Of a stretch of 40,297 bases of DNA, positions 28,934 through 37,437 are shown in pieces. The stretch spans positions 1 to 40,297 of the forward strand of contig PAFB01000141.1 of the NCBI GenBank assembly GCA_002700865.1. Direction: 5' to 3'. The first letter of the stretch is position 1. The number at the start of each line of letters is the position of its first letter. The position numbers and the translations under genes were made by a program. The notes below the pieces were generated by a model. The model was not told the DNA's origin, ran no database searches, and saw nothing but the letters and a program-made list of their open reading frames with translations. This DNA is from Rhodospirillaceae bacterium (GTDB taxonomy: Bacteria > Pseudomonadota > Alphaproteobacteria > UBA7985).

Positions 28934-29809
28934 TCAATCCTTCCGCACTGTGCGGGCGGTGATATACATGTAGATGAAGATCAGGACGAGCACGATAAAC
29001 GCGATAATCATGCTCAGCGCCATGCCTTCAGCCCGGGCATTGAGATCGGGGTTGAGGAAGAAGTCCAGTGACATGACCGGGAGCATCTTGGGATAGCCGA
29101 CCCCCAATATCCGCGGCACCTCGTAACTGCCAAAGGTAAAGGCAAAGACGATGATGGATGCCGACATGAGGCCCGGCATGATCAGCGGCAGTGTCACTGT
29201 CCTGAAACGCTGCCAGCGGTTGGCGCCAAGGCTTTGAGCAACCGCCTCGTAATCCTCGCCCAAGGATTGCAGGATCGCCAAAACGATGATGCCGAAGAAG
29301 GCAACTTCCTTCCAGATGTAAGCCAGAATGATCCCGATCCCGTAGGCATCTTTGGTAAGCGCTGGAAAATCGCGCGGCGACGTTACCAGCCCGAGCTCAC
29401 CCAGCATCCGCGAAACCAGACCGCTCTGGCTGAACAGCATGATCATACCGACCGCGATCACCAGATGCGGGATCGGCAGGTTCAGCTGGAAGAAAAACAC
29501 CGCCAGTTTCTTGCCAAAGAACGTGCGCCGCAGCAGCAGAGCCACGAAAATCGCAATCGCAGCGGAAACAAAAGTCGAGCAAAAGGCGACCCACAGGCTC
29601 AAGGTCAGGCCGGACCAGAAGCGGCCGGAGAATTCTTCAGAAAACATGACGCGCAGATAGGCGTCGAAATTGATGTCAGTGGCACCGATGTTCGGATTGT
29701 AGCCAAGGCTCTGCAGGAATCCGTAGAGCAAGGAACCAAAGAACAGAATGCTGATGACGAGCAGCGTCGGTGCCAGCATCACCGCTATTCGGATACGTTC
29801 CCACTTCAT
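28934..29809 (-). CDS. ABC transporter permease 1
   Basis: Multiple TM segments, WKEVAF, EAA loop YEAVAQSLGA and FGSYEVP. Confidence 0.92.
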   Translation of the reverse strand: MKWERIRIAVMLAPTLLVISILFFGSLLYGFLQSLGYNPNIGATDINFDAYLRVMFSEEFSGRFWSGLTLSLWVAFCSTFVSAAIAIFVALLLRRTFFGKKLAVFFFQLNLPIPHLVIAVGMIMLFSQSGLVSRMLGELGLVTSPRDFPALTKDAYGIGIILAYIWKEVAFFGIIVLAILQSLGEDYEAVAQSLGANRWQRFRTVTLPLIMPGLMSASIIVFAFTFGSYEVPRILGVGYPKMLPVMSLDFFLNPDLNARAEGMALSMIIAFIVLVLIFIYMYITARTVRKD

Positions 29810-29855
29810 ATTGAGTCTCTCGCCTGAGCCTTAAATTCAAATTTTGTAGAAAGGT

Positions 29856-29891
29856 GGGAGGGGGCGTCAACCGCGCCCCCTCCCTTTTTTT
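29856..29891 (+). terminator. Perfect 11-bp hairpin with T7 tract on the + strand, downstream of the binding-protein gene
   Basis: GGGAGGGGGCG-tcaaccg-CGCCCCCTCCC-TTTTTTT. On the mRNA (-) strand the stem is followed only by ACCTTTCT. Confidence 0.7.
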
Positions 29892-29910
29892 ACGGTCCTT
29901 ACAACCGGGT

Positions 29911-31197
29911 TTACTCGGGCAGTGGCTCGCCGCGCAGGACGTACTTCTGCCAGTCTTCCTCGATCAGGTTCTGGTACTCACCCGCGATATCAGCCACCAG
30001 CGCACCGGACAAACGAGCTGGGTCAGCCGCAGCGTCGCCCAGGTTCATCATTGCGGTTTCGATGGCTGCAATCTGGTCAGCATCCGTGACACGGGAAACG
30101 TCAATTGCCCAGCCACAGCAGAACCCGTTCGCAGGCTGCACCTGCGCTGCCTGACGATCAGGCCGCAGAACCAGGTTCGCCGTCACCAGTGCTGCCGCTT
30201 TGTTCGGAGCGTTGTATGGGATGGCGAGGTAGTTGAAGTCACCGATCATGTAGTTGTCGAAGCTGAAGGCACGGGACGTCGGTGCAATCACACCGGCACC
30301 AATGTCCGGACCAGCCCCGGCAGGCGACTGGGTAAAGGCAAACTCAACCTCTCCATTCGCAAACAGGCTCTTAAAGTCTGCGTTGCTCTCAGGGTAGGTG
30401 TTGCCTTCGCGCCAGAGGTTTGGCTCCCACGAAATCAGCTCTTTCCATGTTGCCATGCTCCACTGGTCGTAAAGCTCCTGATTGAACGGGCCGACCCACT
30501 GTTCGTGGTTGCCAGACAGTTCGAACATCAGCTGCTTGACAAAGCGGGTCCCGATGAAGTTCCCGGGTCCGGGCGCAACGTAGCTGAATTGGCCCGGGTT
30601 GGCAGCGATCCAGTCCCCGAGTTCCGCGTAAGAACGCGGCAGCTCAGAGTCGCTGAGGCGTGCGCTGTCGTACATGAAGTGGAACTGCGCGCTGGACCAA
30701 GGGCTTTCCATGCCCTCAACCGGCTTGCCAAAGTCGAGGTTAATCGCAGGGTTCCCCCAATCAACCAGCGCCGAGTTTGGAATGCTCTCAGCCCATGGAC
30801 CGTAGAGCAGGCCAGCCTGCTGCATGGTTTTGAAGTTCTCACCGTTGATCCAGATCATATCGACTGAACCCGCGTCGCCATCGGCGCCGGCTTCTTTCTC
30901 AGAAATCACCTGGTTCACGGCATCCACGGTCCCGGCGAGCGGCACGCGCTCAAGGTTGATGCCGTATTCTTCCTTCAGTGGGTCGCCGTAGAATGTATCC
31001 ACGAAGCCGTTGATGGCATCCGAGCCACCCCACATGTACCAATAGACAGTCTGACCGCGGGCTTCCTCCAGCACCTGGTCCCAGCTGTCATAGCCTGGCG
31101 GGGACTCTGCATGAGCATGCACCCCGATTGCGCTGACTGCGGACAGCAGCGCGACTTGGATTGTTCTTTTCAATGAAATCACTTTTCGAACTCCCAT
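29911..31197 (-). CDS. ABC substrate-binding protein, YnjB-like
   Basis: Signal peptide ending AHA, ARGQTVYWYMWGGS..IN, GSVDMIWINGENF, ESPW..AQ and LAIPYNAPNK..A..AN. Confidence 0.85.
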   Translation of the reverse strand: MGVRKVISLKRTIQVALLSAVSAIGVHAHAESPPGYDSWDQVLEEARGQTVYWYMWGGSDAINGFVDTFYGDPLKEEYGINLERVPLAGTVDAVNQVISEKEAGADGDAGSVDMIWINGENFKTMQQAGLLYGPWAESIPNSALVDWGNPAINLDFGKPVEGMESPWSSAQFHFMYDSARLSDSELPRSYAELGDWIAANPGQFSYVAPGPGNFIGTRFVKQLMFELSGNHEQWVGPFNQELYDQWSMATWKELISWEPNLWREGNTYPESNADFKSLFANGEVEFAFTQSPAGAGPDIGAGVIAPTSRAFSFDNYMIGDFNYLAIPYNAPNKAAALVTANLVLRPDRQAAQVQPANGFCCGWAIDVSRVTDADQIAAIETAMMNLGDAAADPARLSGALVADIAGEYQNLIEEDWQKYVLRGEPLPE

Positions 31198-31220
31198 TCA
31201 GTGACATTTTGGTTTTTTGT

Positions 31221-32669
31221 TTAGACATTGACCCCGTCGATTTGGACGTGATCGGCGTAAGGTACGGGTTGGAGAAGCTGCATTCCGGTCCAGGCAGCGA
31301 GTTCCATGAGCTCGCTGCTCATGTCCCCCTGACCCATGGCGAAATGATGCTGGACCCCTCTGACCGTCAGGGTGTTAATCAACGCCCAAACGTCGATTTT
31401 CTGGCCATTCATGGTCAGGTTGGAGACCCAGCCTCGGGTCCCGTCAAAGCCCGCGTCAGGGTGATCAACAACCTCGGACCCGAGAACCAGCAGTTGCTTG
31501 GCGTCCTCGTTCAGGTAGCTGATCGTGACAGGCTGAGGGGCGAAGATCTGGTCGCCCGAGACCCCGTAAGGCCCATCAGTGCCGTTGCGGCCCAGCGTGA
31601 CGTGATCCACCCACGCGATGCCATCCTCGTTAGCAAAGTGTCGAGGGGTCACACCGCAGTGCCACATTTGCACGGCCTGTCGCTCAGGATCGAGTGAAGC
31701 CAGATCGAGCAGCGTCGAAGACCCTTCTTTGCCCGAAATCAGGTTCAGCATGTACATGCTGATCGCGCCAAGAACGTCGCCTTCACAGGAAACCGGGAAG
31801 TTGTGATCGCTGCCGAGCCAGCTGTAAGCCATACAGGGAGCAATGTTGTAGAGTTCTTGAATGGTCGACCAGCACTGGACCGCCATCGTGTCGAGTTGCA
31901 TCTCCTGCGAGGTATCCAGCAGCGCAAGGTAAAACCGCGTCACCCGCTCGAAAGACCCGGGATCGGAAAGCACGACCTCGCGCGCTGCGCCCCGGATCAT
32001 TTCCGCCGCCGTTGCGACCCGGCCTGAGTCCATGGCCTCGGCGCGCTTGACGATAGCGGCGAGGTCCATTTGTTCGATGGTCAGTCCAAGGTTGGTCTGC
32101 ATGGCCGCTTCATCCGGCAGCATCCCGTCAAAACCCGGTGAGACACCACCGATCCAGCCGACGCGCGCCGCCCGCAAATTCTTCTCAGCCCGAACCGCCT
32201 TAACCGTCACGGTGAAACGGTTGGAAAATTTCTCCTGATCCGGGTTGCCATAGAACCACTTGAAGGGAATATCGCGATCCTTGAAGTAGCTCTTTATCAG
32301 GCTTGCGTAGTGGCTCATCGACACCATGGAATGCAGCTGAACCGGTCCGGAACTTTGCGGGTCAGGGACCGACCAGAGCCCTAGCTTCGGCGCAGCGTCG
32401 ATAAAGGGATGTAGCTGCTCGCCCATGGCACAGGCGGCGGTTTGGATCAGCAGAAAATCAACCCCGGCAGCTTTGATTTCCCGCGCAGCTTCCTCGGCAT
32501 GCTCCAAAGAGTGGATGGGCCGTTCTACCGCGATCAGATCGAAATCAAGTTCCTGAGCATAGCCCCTGAGCGCTGCAACCGCATTTTCACGCACCCGGTA
32601 CTTCTCGGCGAAGTACGGTGTGATCGACACGCCGACGTATCCAACCCTTAGACGGTGCCGTGCACTCAT
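31221..32669 (-). CDS. L-fucose/L-arabinose isomerase-fold aldose-ketose isomerase
   Basis: AVQCW, PC, SCEGDVLG (metal ligands), MWHCG and C-terminal QHHF. Confidence 0.82.
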   Translation of the reverse strand: MSARHRLRVGYVGVSITPYFAEKYRVRENAVAALRGYAQELDFDLIAVERPIHSLEHAEEAAREIKAAGVDFLLIQTAACAMGEQLHPFIDAAPKLGLWSVPDPQSSGPVQLHSMVSMSHYASLIKSYFKDRDIPFKWFYGNPDQEKFSNRFTVTVKAVRAEKNLRAARVGWIGGVSPGFDGMLPDEAAMQTNLGLTIEQMDLAAIVKRAEAMDSGRVATAAEMIRGAAREVVLSDPGSFERVTRFYLALLDTSQEMQLDTMAVQCWSTIQELYNIAPCMAYSWLGSDHNFPVSCEGDVLGAISMYMLNLISGKEGSSTLLDLASLDPERQAVQMWHCGVTPRHFANEDGIAWVDHVTLGRNGTDGPYGVSGDQIFAPQPVTISYLNEDAKQLLVLGSEVVDHPDAGFDGTRGWVSNLTMNGQKIDVWALINTLTVRGVQHHFAMGQGDMSSELMELAAWTGMQLLQPVPYADHVQIDGVNV

Positions 32670-32756
32670 GGCTCCTTACCTACCAACCCAGTTTCGATGC
32701 CCCACGTTATCGTTAAATCAGGCATGCATTCACCTCATAGTATGTGCTGCTAAAAT

Positions 32757-32788
32757 AATTGCAATGACTAATTTGTAGTAACTTATTT
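32757..32788. promoter_or_regulatory. 32-bp regulatory repeat, copy A (upstream of the isomerase operon)
   Basis: AATTGCAATGACTAATTTGTAGTAACTTATTT, 29/32 identical to 34391-34422; contains GT-N4-AC. Confidence 0.75.
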
Positions 32789-32916
32789 TTCCAAGAACGA
32801 GCATTTCTACTCCGATGCCTCTCTAATAATCAGGCTGCTAAAACATTGAAAATTCGCGTCTTTTCACATTTCTTGGCGGATGCGTCAGTGCACCCCTTGC
32901 GTCGAAGCACTCCGGG

Positions 32917-34338
32917 TTAGGCGTAGCCGGCGATGGACTTGAGTTCGAGGTACTCATCAATGCCCCATTCACCCTGCTCCCGGCCGTTTCCAGACTGCTT
33001 ATAGCCGCCAAAGGGAGCATAAGCGGACCACTCGGCCCCATTGATCCAAATGGCGCCCGCACGCATTTGCTGAGCCACCCGCCGCGCCCGTTCCAGCGAG
33101 CCGGACTGCACGTATCCCGCGAGGCCGTAGACCGTGTCGTTAGCGATCTCGATTGCCTCTGCTTCGTCACCGTAACCAATGATGGATAGCACGGGGCCAA
33201 AGATTTCTTCGCGGGCGATTGCCATATCGTTGGTGACATCGCCGAACACGGTCGGGCGGATGTAGTACCCGCGATTGAGCCCAGCAGGCCGCCCGACGCC
33301 ACCGGTAACCAGCGTCGCCCCTTCGTCGATCCCCGCCTGGATCAGGCTTTGGATGTGATTGAACTGCCGCTCGTTGACCACTGGCCCCATAGACACGTCC
33401 GTCATCGGATCACCCACCGTGTAGGTCTCCGCAGCCTCACCGGCGAGGGCTTTGGCTTCCTCCATCCGATCCGCTGGAACAAGCAGACGCGACGGCGAAC
33501 GACAGGACTGGCCCACGTTAACAAAGCACCAGTCCACGCCGTCCCGCACCGCTTGTTCCAGATCGGCATCGGGGAGGATGATGTTGGGCGACTTGCCGCC
33601 CAATTCTTGGGAAACACGCTTGACTGTTTCTGCAGCGGCCCGCGCAACGGCAATTCCGGCACGCGTTGACCCCGTAATCGACACCATGTCCACATCCGGG
33701 TGTCGCGCCAGCGCTTCACCGGCGACATGCCCGTAGCCGGTCAGATGGTTGTACACCCCCGGCTGAAACCCCGCCTCGTGCACCAGTTCAGCAAAGCGCA
33801 GGGACGACCGAGGCGAGAATTCTGAAGGCTTGGCGATCATGGTACAGCCAGCCGCGAGCGCGGGCACGACTTTGAGCACCAACTGGTTCATCGGCCAGTT
33901 CCACGGGGTGATGAGCGCACAGACGCCGATAGGCTCCTTCGACAACAGCGTATCACCACGACGCTCCTCAAACGGCATGGTTTCGAGGAAATGAATCAAG
34001 GCTTCAAAGTGCTCGGCACCGATCCAGGCCTGCGTCGAGAGTGAAAAAGCCTGCGTTGACCCCATTTCCTCGACCATCAAGGCGGCGATTTCATCAAAGG
34101 CCTCATTATAGAGCGCGTGGAGTATGCGCAGTAAGCGGATGCGTTCGGCTCGTGTGGTCTGAGAAAATGCCGGAAAAGCCGCCTTTGCCGCTGCGACCGC
34201 AGCGTTAACGTCGTGCTCGTTACCCATGGGGATTTTGCAGATTTCTGCCTCAGAAGCCGGGTTGATCAGCGCGTGGGCCTCACTGCCAACAGGCCGAACC
34301 CATTCTCCGTTGATGTAGAACTTCCCAATGTTTTGCAT
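32917..34338 (-). CDS. NAD(P)-dependent aldehyde dehydrogenase
   Basis: ITPWNWP, KPSE, ITGSTRAG, ELGGKS, GQSC, EEIFGP and PFGGYKQSG. ATG 34338 has GGAGG 7 nt upstream (alternative start GTG 34344). Confidence 0.95.
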   Translation of the reverse strand: MQNIGKFYINGEWVRPVGSEAHALINPASEAEICKIPMGNEHDVNAAVAAAKAAFPAFSQTTRAERIRLLRILHALYNEAFDEIAALMVEEMGSTQAFSLSTQAWIGAEHFEALIHFLETMPFEERRGDTLLSKEPIGVCALITPWNWPMNQLVLKVVPALAAGCTMIAKPSEFSPRSSLRFAELVHEAGFQPGVYNHLTGYGHVAGEALARHPDVDMVSITGSTRAGIAVARAAAETVKRVSQELGGKSPNIILPDADLEQAVRDGVDWCFVNVGQSCRSPSRLLVPADRMEEAKALAGEAAETYTVGDPMTDVSMGPVVNERQFNHIQSLIQAGIDEGATLVTGGVGRPAGLNRGYYIRPTVFGDVTNDMAIAREEIFGPVLSIIGYGDEAEAIEIANDTVYGLAGYVQSGSLERARRVAQQMRAGAIWINGAEWSAYAPFGGYKQSGNGREQGEWGIDEYLELKSIAGYA

Positions 34339-34390
34339 GTCCACCCCTCCGCCGAACCTGCGAGAGGTTCAGACTATGGGTTAGGGGATA

Positions 34391-34422
34391 AATTGCAACG
34401 ACTAATTTGTATTAACATATTT
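34391..34422. promoter_or_regulatory. 32-bp regulatory repeat, copy B (upstream of ALDH)
   Basis: AATTGCAACGACTAATTTGTATTAACATATTT; same orientation relative to its downstream gene as copy A. Confidence 0.75.
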
Positions 34423-34433
34423 AAGCGCCGCCC

Positions 34434-36035
34434 TTAGGCCCCCGCAGCCCGGATTATTGATGCTGCCTTCTCGGCAATCATGAAGGTTGGTGCGTTCGTG
34501 TTGGCAGAAGTGATGCGGGGCATGACGGAGGCATCCACCACCCGCAGCCCCTCCGCGGCGTTAACGCACAAGCTCGGATCAACCACCGCACTTTCGTCAC
34601 GGCCCATGCGACAGGTTCCGACCAGGTGGTAGACGGTTGCGGACATGCGGCGAACGGCGTCGATGATCTCTTTGTCGGTCTGGTGCTCGGCACCGGGAAT
34701 GATCTCACGCTGCCAGCGGTGCTTAAACGCCATCTGTTCATAGATCTCCCGAACCATGCGCAACCCCTCGATCATGACCTTCTGGTCCCGTTCGGCGGAC
34801 AGATAATTGGTTGTGATTTTTGGGTCGGAGAGCGGGTTGGCGTCAGCAATCTGCACAGATCCTCGGCTTTCAGGGTGGCACTGCCAGAAAGACGTCGTGA
34901 ACCCGGAATATCGGTGCAGCGGCATGCCGGGCTTATCCACCGACAGCGGCATGACAAACAGCTGCAAATCTGGTTGACCATCCTCCGCATACTTGGAGCA
35001 GGCCGCGCCGCCAACCTGTCCTGCGCCCACCGTAAGCGGACCGCGCTGACCGATCAACCAATCCAGCCCCATTTTGGCCAGGCTGAAGGGATTTCGCACG
35101 TGATCGTTGAGCGACACACCCGGTTCGGCAAGCTCTACAATGGTCCGCATTTGTAAATGATCCTGCAGGTTTTCACCCACTTCGGGAGCATCGTGCCGAA
35201 CCCTTATGCCGTGATGCCGGAGTAACGCCGCCGGGCCGATACCTGAAATCTGCAGCAGTTGCGGGGTCTGCACCGAGCCGCCGCAGAGAATGACTTCAAC
35301 GTCAGCATGGACAGTGTGAACAGCCCCGTCCTGCTGATACCGAACGCCGACAGCGCGCGAGCCCTCAAACACGATTTCGGTGACATGAGCGCGGGTTTCC
35401 ATATCGAGATTGGGACGAGACAGGGCTGGATGCAAAAATGCCGTCGCCGCGCTTTCCCGCCATCGACCCCGAACCGACAACTGGTATCGGCCAACGCCAT
35501 AAGCTGAGGCGCCGTTGAAGTCGTCATTCCAAGGCAAACCAAAGGCCTGTGCTGCCTCTAACCAATCATCGCAGGCGTCGTTCTGGTTCTTCAGATCGCT
35601 GATACGCAAAGGACCCTGCGCGCCGCGATACTGCGAAGGAGCCCCCTCATAGGTTTCGATTGACCTAAAGTGCGGTAGGACATCCTGAAAGGACCAGCCA
35701 TCTGCACCCATGGCTTGCCATTGGTCAAAATCCTGATGCTGACCCCGGATATAGATCAGTCCATTGATCGAGCTGGAACCACCAACGACCCGACCCCTTG
35801 GGCAGTCCATTGACCTGTCCGCAATCCCGGCGTCAGGCTCGCCACGGTAGAGATGCGAAACGCGGGCATCGTAGATGGACTTGTAGTAGCCCACCGGCAG
35901 CTTGAGCCAGAAACCCCGGTCCGCACCACCGCATTCCAGCACCAGAACCCGTGCGGAAGGGTCTTCAGAAAGACGGGCCGCGAGTGTCGAACCTGCAGTC
36001 CCTGAGCCGACGATAACGTAGTCATACCCCTTCAT
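34434..36035 (-). CDS. GMC-family FAD oxidoreductase, second copy
   Basis: GSGTAG, GRVVGGSSSINGLIYIRG, VYHLVGTC and SANTNAP. Confidence 0.92.
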   Translation of the reverse strand: MKGYDYVIVGSGTAGSTLAARLSEDPSARVLVLECGGADRGFWLKLPVGYYKSIYDARVSHLYRGEPDAGIADRSMDCPRGRVVGGSSSINGLIYIRGQHQDFDQWQAMGADGWSFQDVLPHFRSIETYEGAPSQYRGAQGPLRISDLKNQNDACDDWLEAAQAFGLPWNDDFNGASAYGVGRYQLSVRGRWRESAATAFLHPALSRPNLDMETRAHVTEIVFEGSRAVGVRYQQDGAVHTVHADVEVILCGGSVQTPQLLQISGIGPAALLRHHGIRVRHDAPEVGENLQDHLQMRTIVELAEPGVSLNDHVRNPFSLAKMGLDWLIGQRGPLTVGAGQVGGAACSKYAEDGQPDLQLFVMPLSVDKPGMPLHRYSGFTTSFWQCHPESRGSVQIADANPLSDPKITTNYLSAERDQKVMIEGLRMVREIYEQMAFKHRWQREIIPGAEHQTDKEIIDAVRRMSATVYHLVGTCRMGRDESAVVDPSLCVNAAEGLRVVDASVMPRITSANTNAPTFMIAEKAASIIRAAGA

Positions 36036-36266
36036 CCGGCAGCTCTCCTTTGTCCCTCGAGCGGCAAATCCAGCACCGGTTCATGAGAACATAGGCCATG
36101 TCAGGTAATCAATGAGTTTGATTTTCGGCCTGTAAACAGAGCGGAAAACAGGCTTTTCCCCTTGAAACCCGACGCGGTTCCGCGTCCTAATTTACCCCCG
36201 CGACCAGCCATGAGCCAGCCACAACCAAAGCGGTCGGCAAGCGAGCGTGGCAAAGGGAGAGCGCCC

Positions 36267-37406
36267 ATGATTCACATCACGCGGATACAGGCTTGGGCCT
36301 TCCGCAGTCCGACACCAAAGCCAGTGGCGACGTCCTTTGGCGTCATGCACGACCGCCCGGGCGTTTTGGTCCGTGTCGAGGCCGCGGACGGTGCTTTTGG
36401 CTGGGGTGAAATCTTTGCGAACTGGCCGGCAGCGGGGGCGGAGCACCGTCTGAGACTGCTGCAAATGGATATTGCTCCGTTGGTGTTCGATGCCCGGTTC
36501 GGCCATCCATCTGATGTCTTCCACCACCTCGACAAACAGACCCGCATTCGGGCGGTGCAATGCGGTGAAATTGGTCCCTTTGCGCAAGTCATTGCGGGCT
36601 TGGATATGGCCGTTTGGGACCTCGCCGCGCGCCGTGCTGGTCACCCGCTTCGGCAGTTCATTCGCGCAGACGCCCCCAATCGCGTTGCTGCCTACGCCAG
36701 CGGCATTCCGGCGGCAGATGCCTCCCAAGTCATCCCACGCGCGCGCGCCGCCGGACATCGTCGGTTCAAGGTCAAAGTTGGCTTTGATCTGGCACAGGAC
36801 ACAGCCGCCGTTCGCTCCATCTTCGAACGTGCACAGCCAGAAGAAAAGATTGCCTGTGACGCCAATCAAGCCTGGACCCTGGATCAGGCACAGGCTTTTC
36901 TCAAAGCAGTTGAGGGCCAGCCCCTGCTCTGGCTGGAAGAGCCCTTGCCGATGTTTGAGGATGAGTGCAAGTGGCGTGCGCTGGCCGAGGCATCTTTGAT
37001 CCCCTTGGCCGGCGGGGAAAACATCCATGGTCAAGCGGCCTTCGCCGAAACCATTCAAGCCGGGCACTTAGCCGTAATCCAGCCGGATGTCGCCAAATGG
37101 GGTGGCATCACCGGCTGCCTCGCCGTAGCGCAGCAGGCACGATCAGCGGGCCTGCGCTACTGTCCGCACTTTCTGGGCGCCGGATTGGGCCTTATCGCCT
37201 CAGCCGAGCTGCTGGCAGCGGTCGGGGGTGATGGTTTGCTGGAGGTTGACGTTAACGAAAACCCGCTGAGGACGCTTTTCTTTGATCAGGGGGAACCCAT
37301 CGAGGCTGGTCAATGGATCTGTCACAGTGACAGCGGCCTTGGCGTGCAGCAGCTACCGGAACCGCTGTTCGCCTTTCAAACCAGCGCTTGCGACATTTCC
37401 CAATAA
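36267..37406 (+). CDS. Mandelate racemase/muconate lactonizing enzyme family (enolase superfamily, MR subgroup)
   Basis: GWGE, DMAVWDL, FKVKVG (KxK), metal ligands DAN/EEP/GEN, QPD and CPH. Start set at MIHIT with GGGAG RBS. Confidence 0.9.
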   Translation: MIHITRIQAWAFRSPTPKPVATSFGVMHDRPGVLVRVEAADGAFGWGEIFANWPAAGAEHRLRLLQMDIAPLVFDARFGHPSDVFHHLDKQTRIRAVQCGEIGPFAQVIAGLDMAVWDLAARRAGHPLRQFIRADAPNRVAAYASGIPAADASQVIPRARAAGHRRFKVKVGFDLAQDTAAVRSIFERAQPEEKIACDANQAWTLDQAQAFLKAVEGQPLLWLEEPLPMFEDECKWRALAEASLIPLAGGENIHGQAAFAETIQAGHLAVIQPDVAKWGGITGCLAVAQQARSAGLRYCPHFLGAGLGLIASAELLAAVGGDGLLEVDVNENPLRTLFFDQGEPIEAGQWICHSDSGLGVQQLPEPLFAFQTSACDISQ

Positions 37407-37437
37407 ACCGGCGATTGTCGCGGCTGGATTGCGGGGA

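Noticed and set aside
21675-32669. Assigning lacD, dhaKL, fucI/araA, abfA or canonical sulfoglycolysis names
   Set aside because: Family membership is clear, but altered motifs and missing partners (lacABC, dhaM, fucK/araBD, GH31 sulfoquinovosidase, PfkB kinase) argue against orthology.
32757-34422. 32-bp direct repeats as CRISPR repeats or mobile-element ends
   Set aside because: Only two copies, both at promoter positions, with no cas or transposase gene; better explained as operators.
32917-36035. GMC plus ALDH as betA/betB
   Set aside because: No betI or choline transporter nearby, and only family-level motifs are recognisable.
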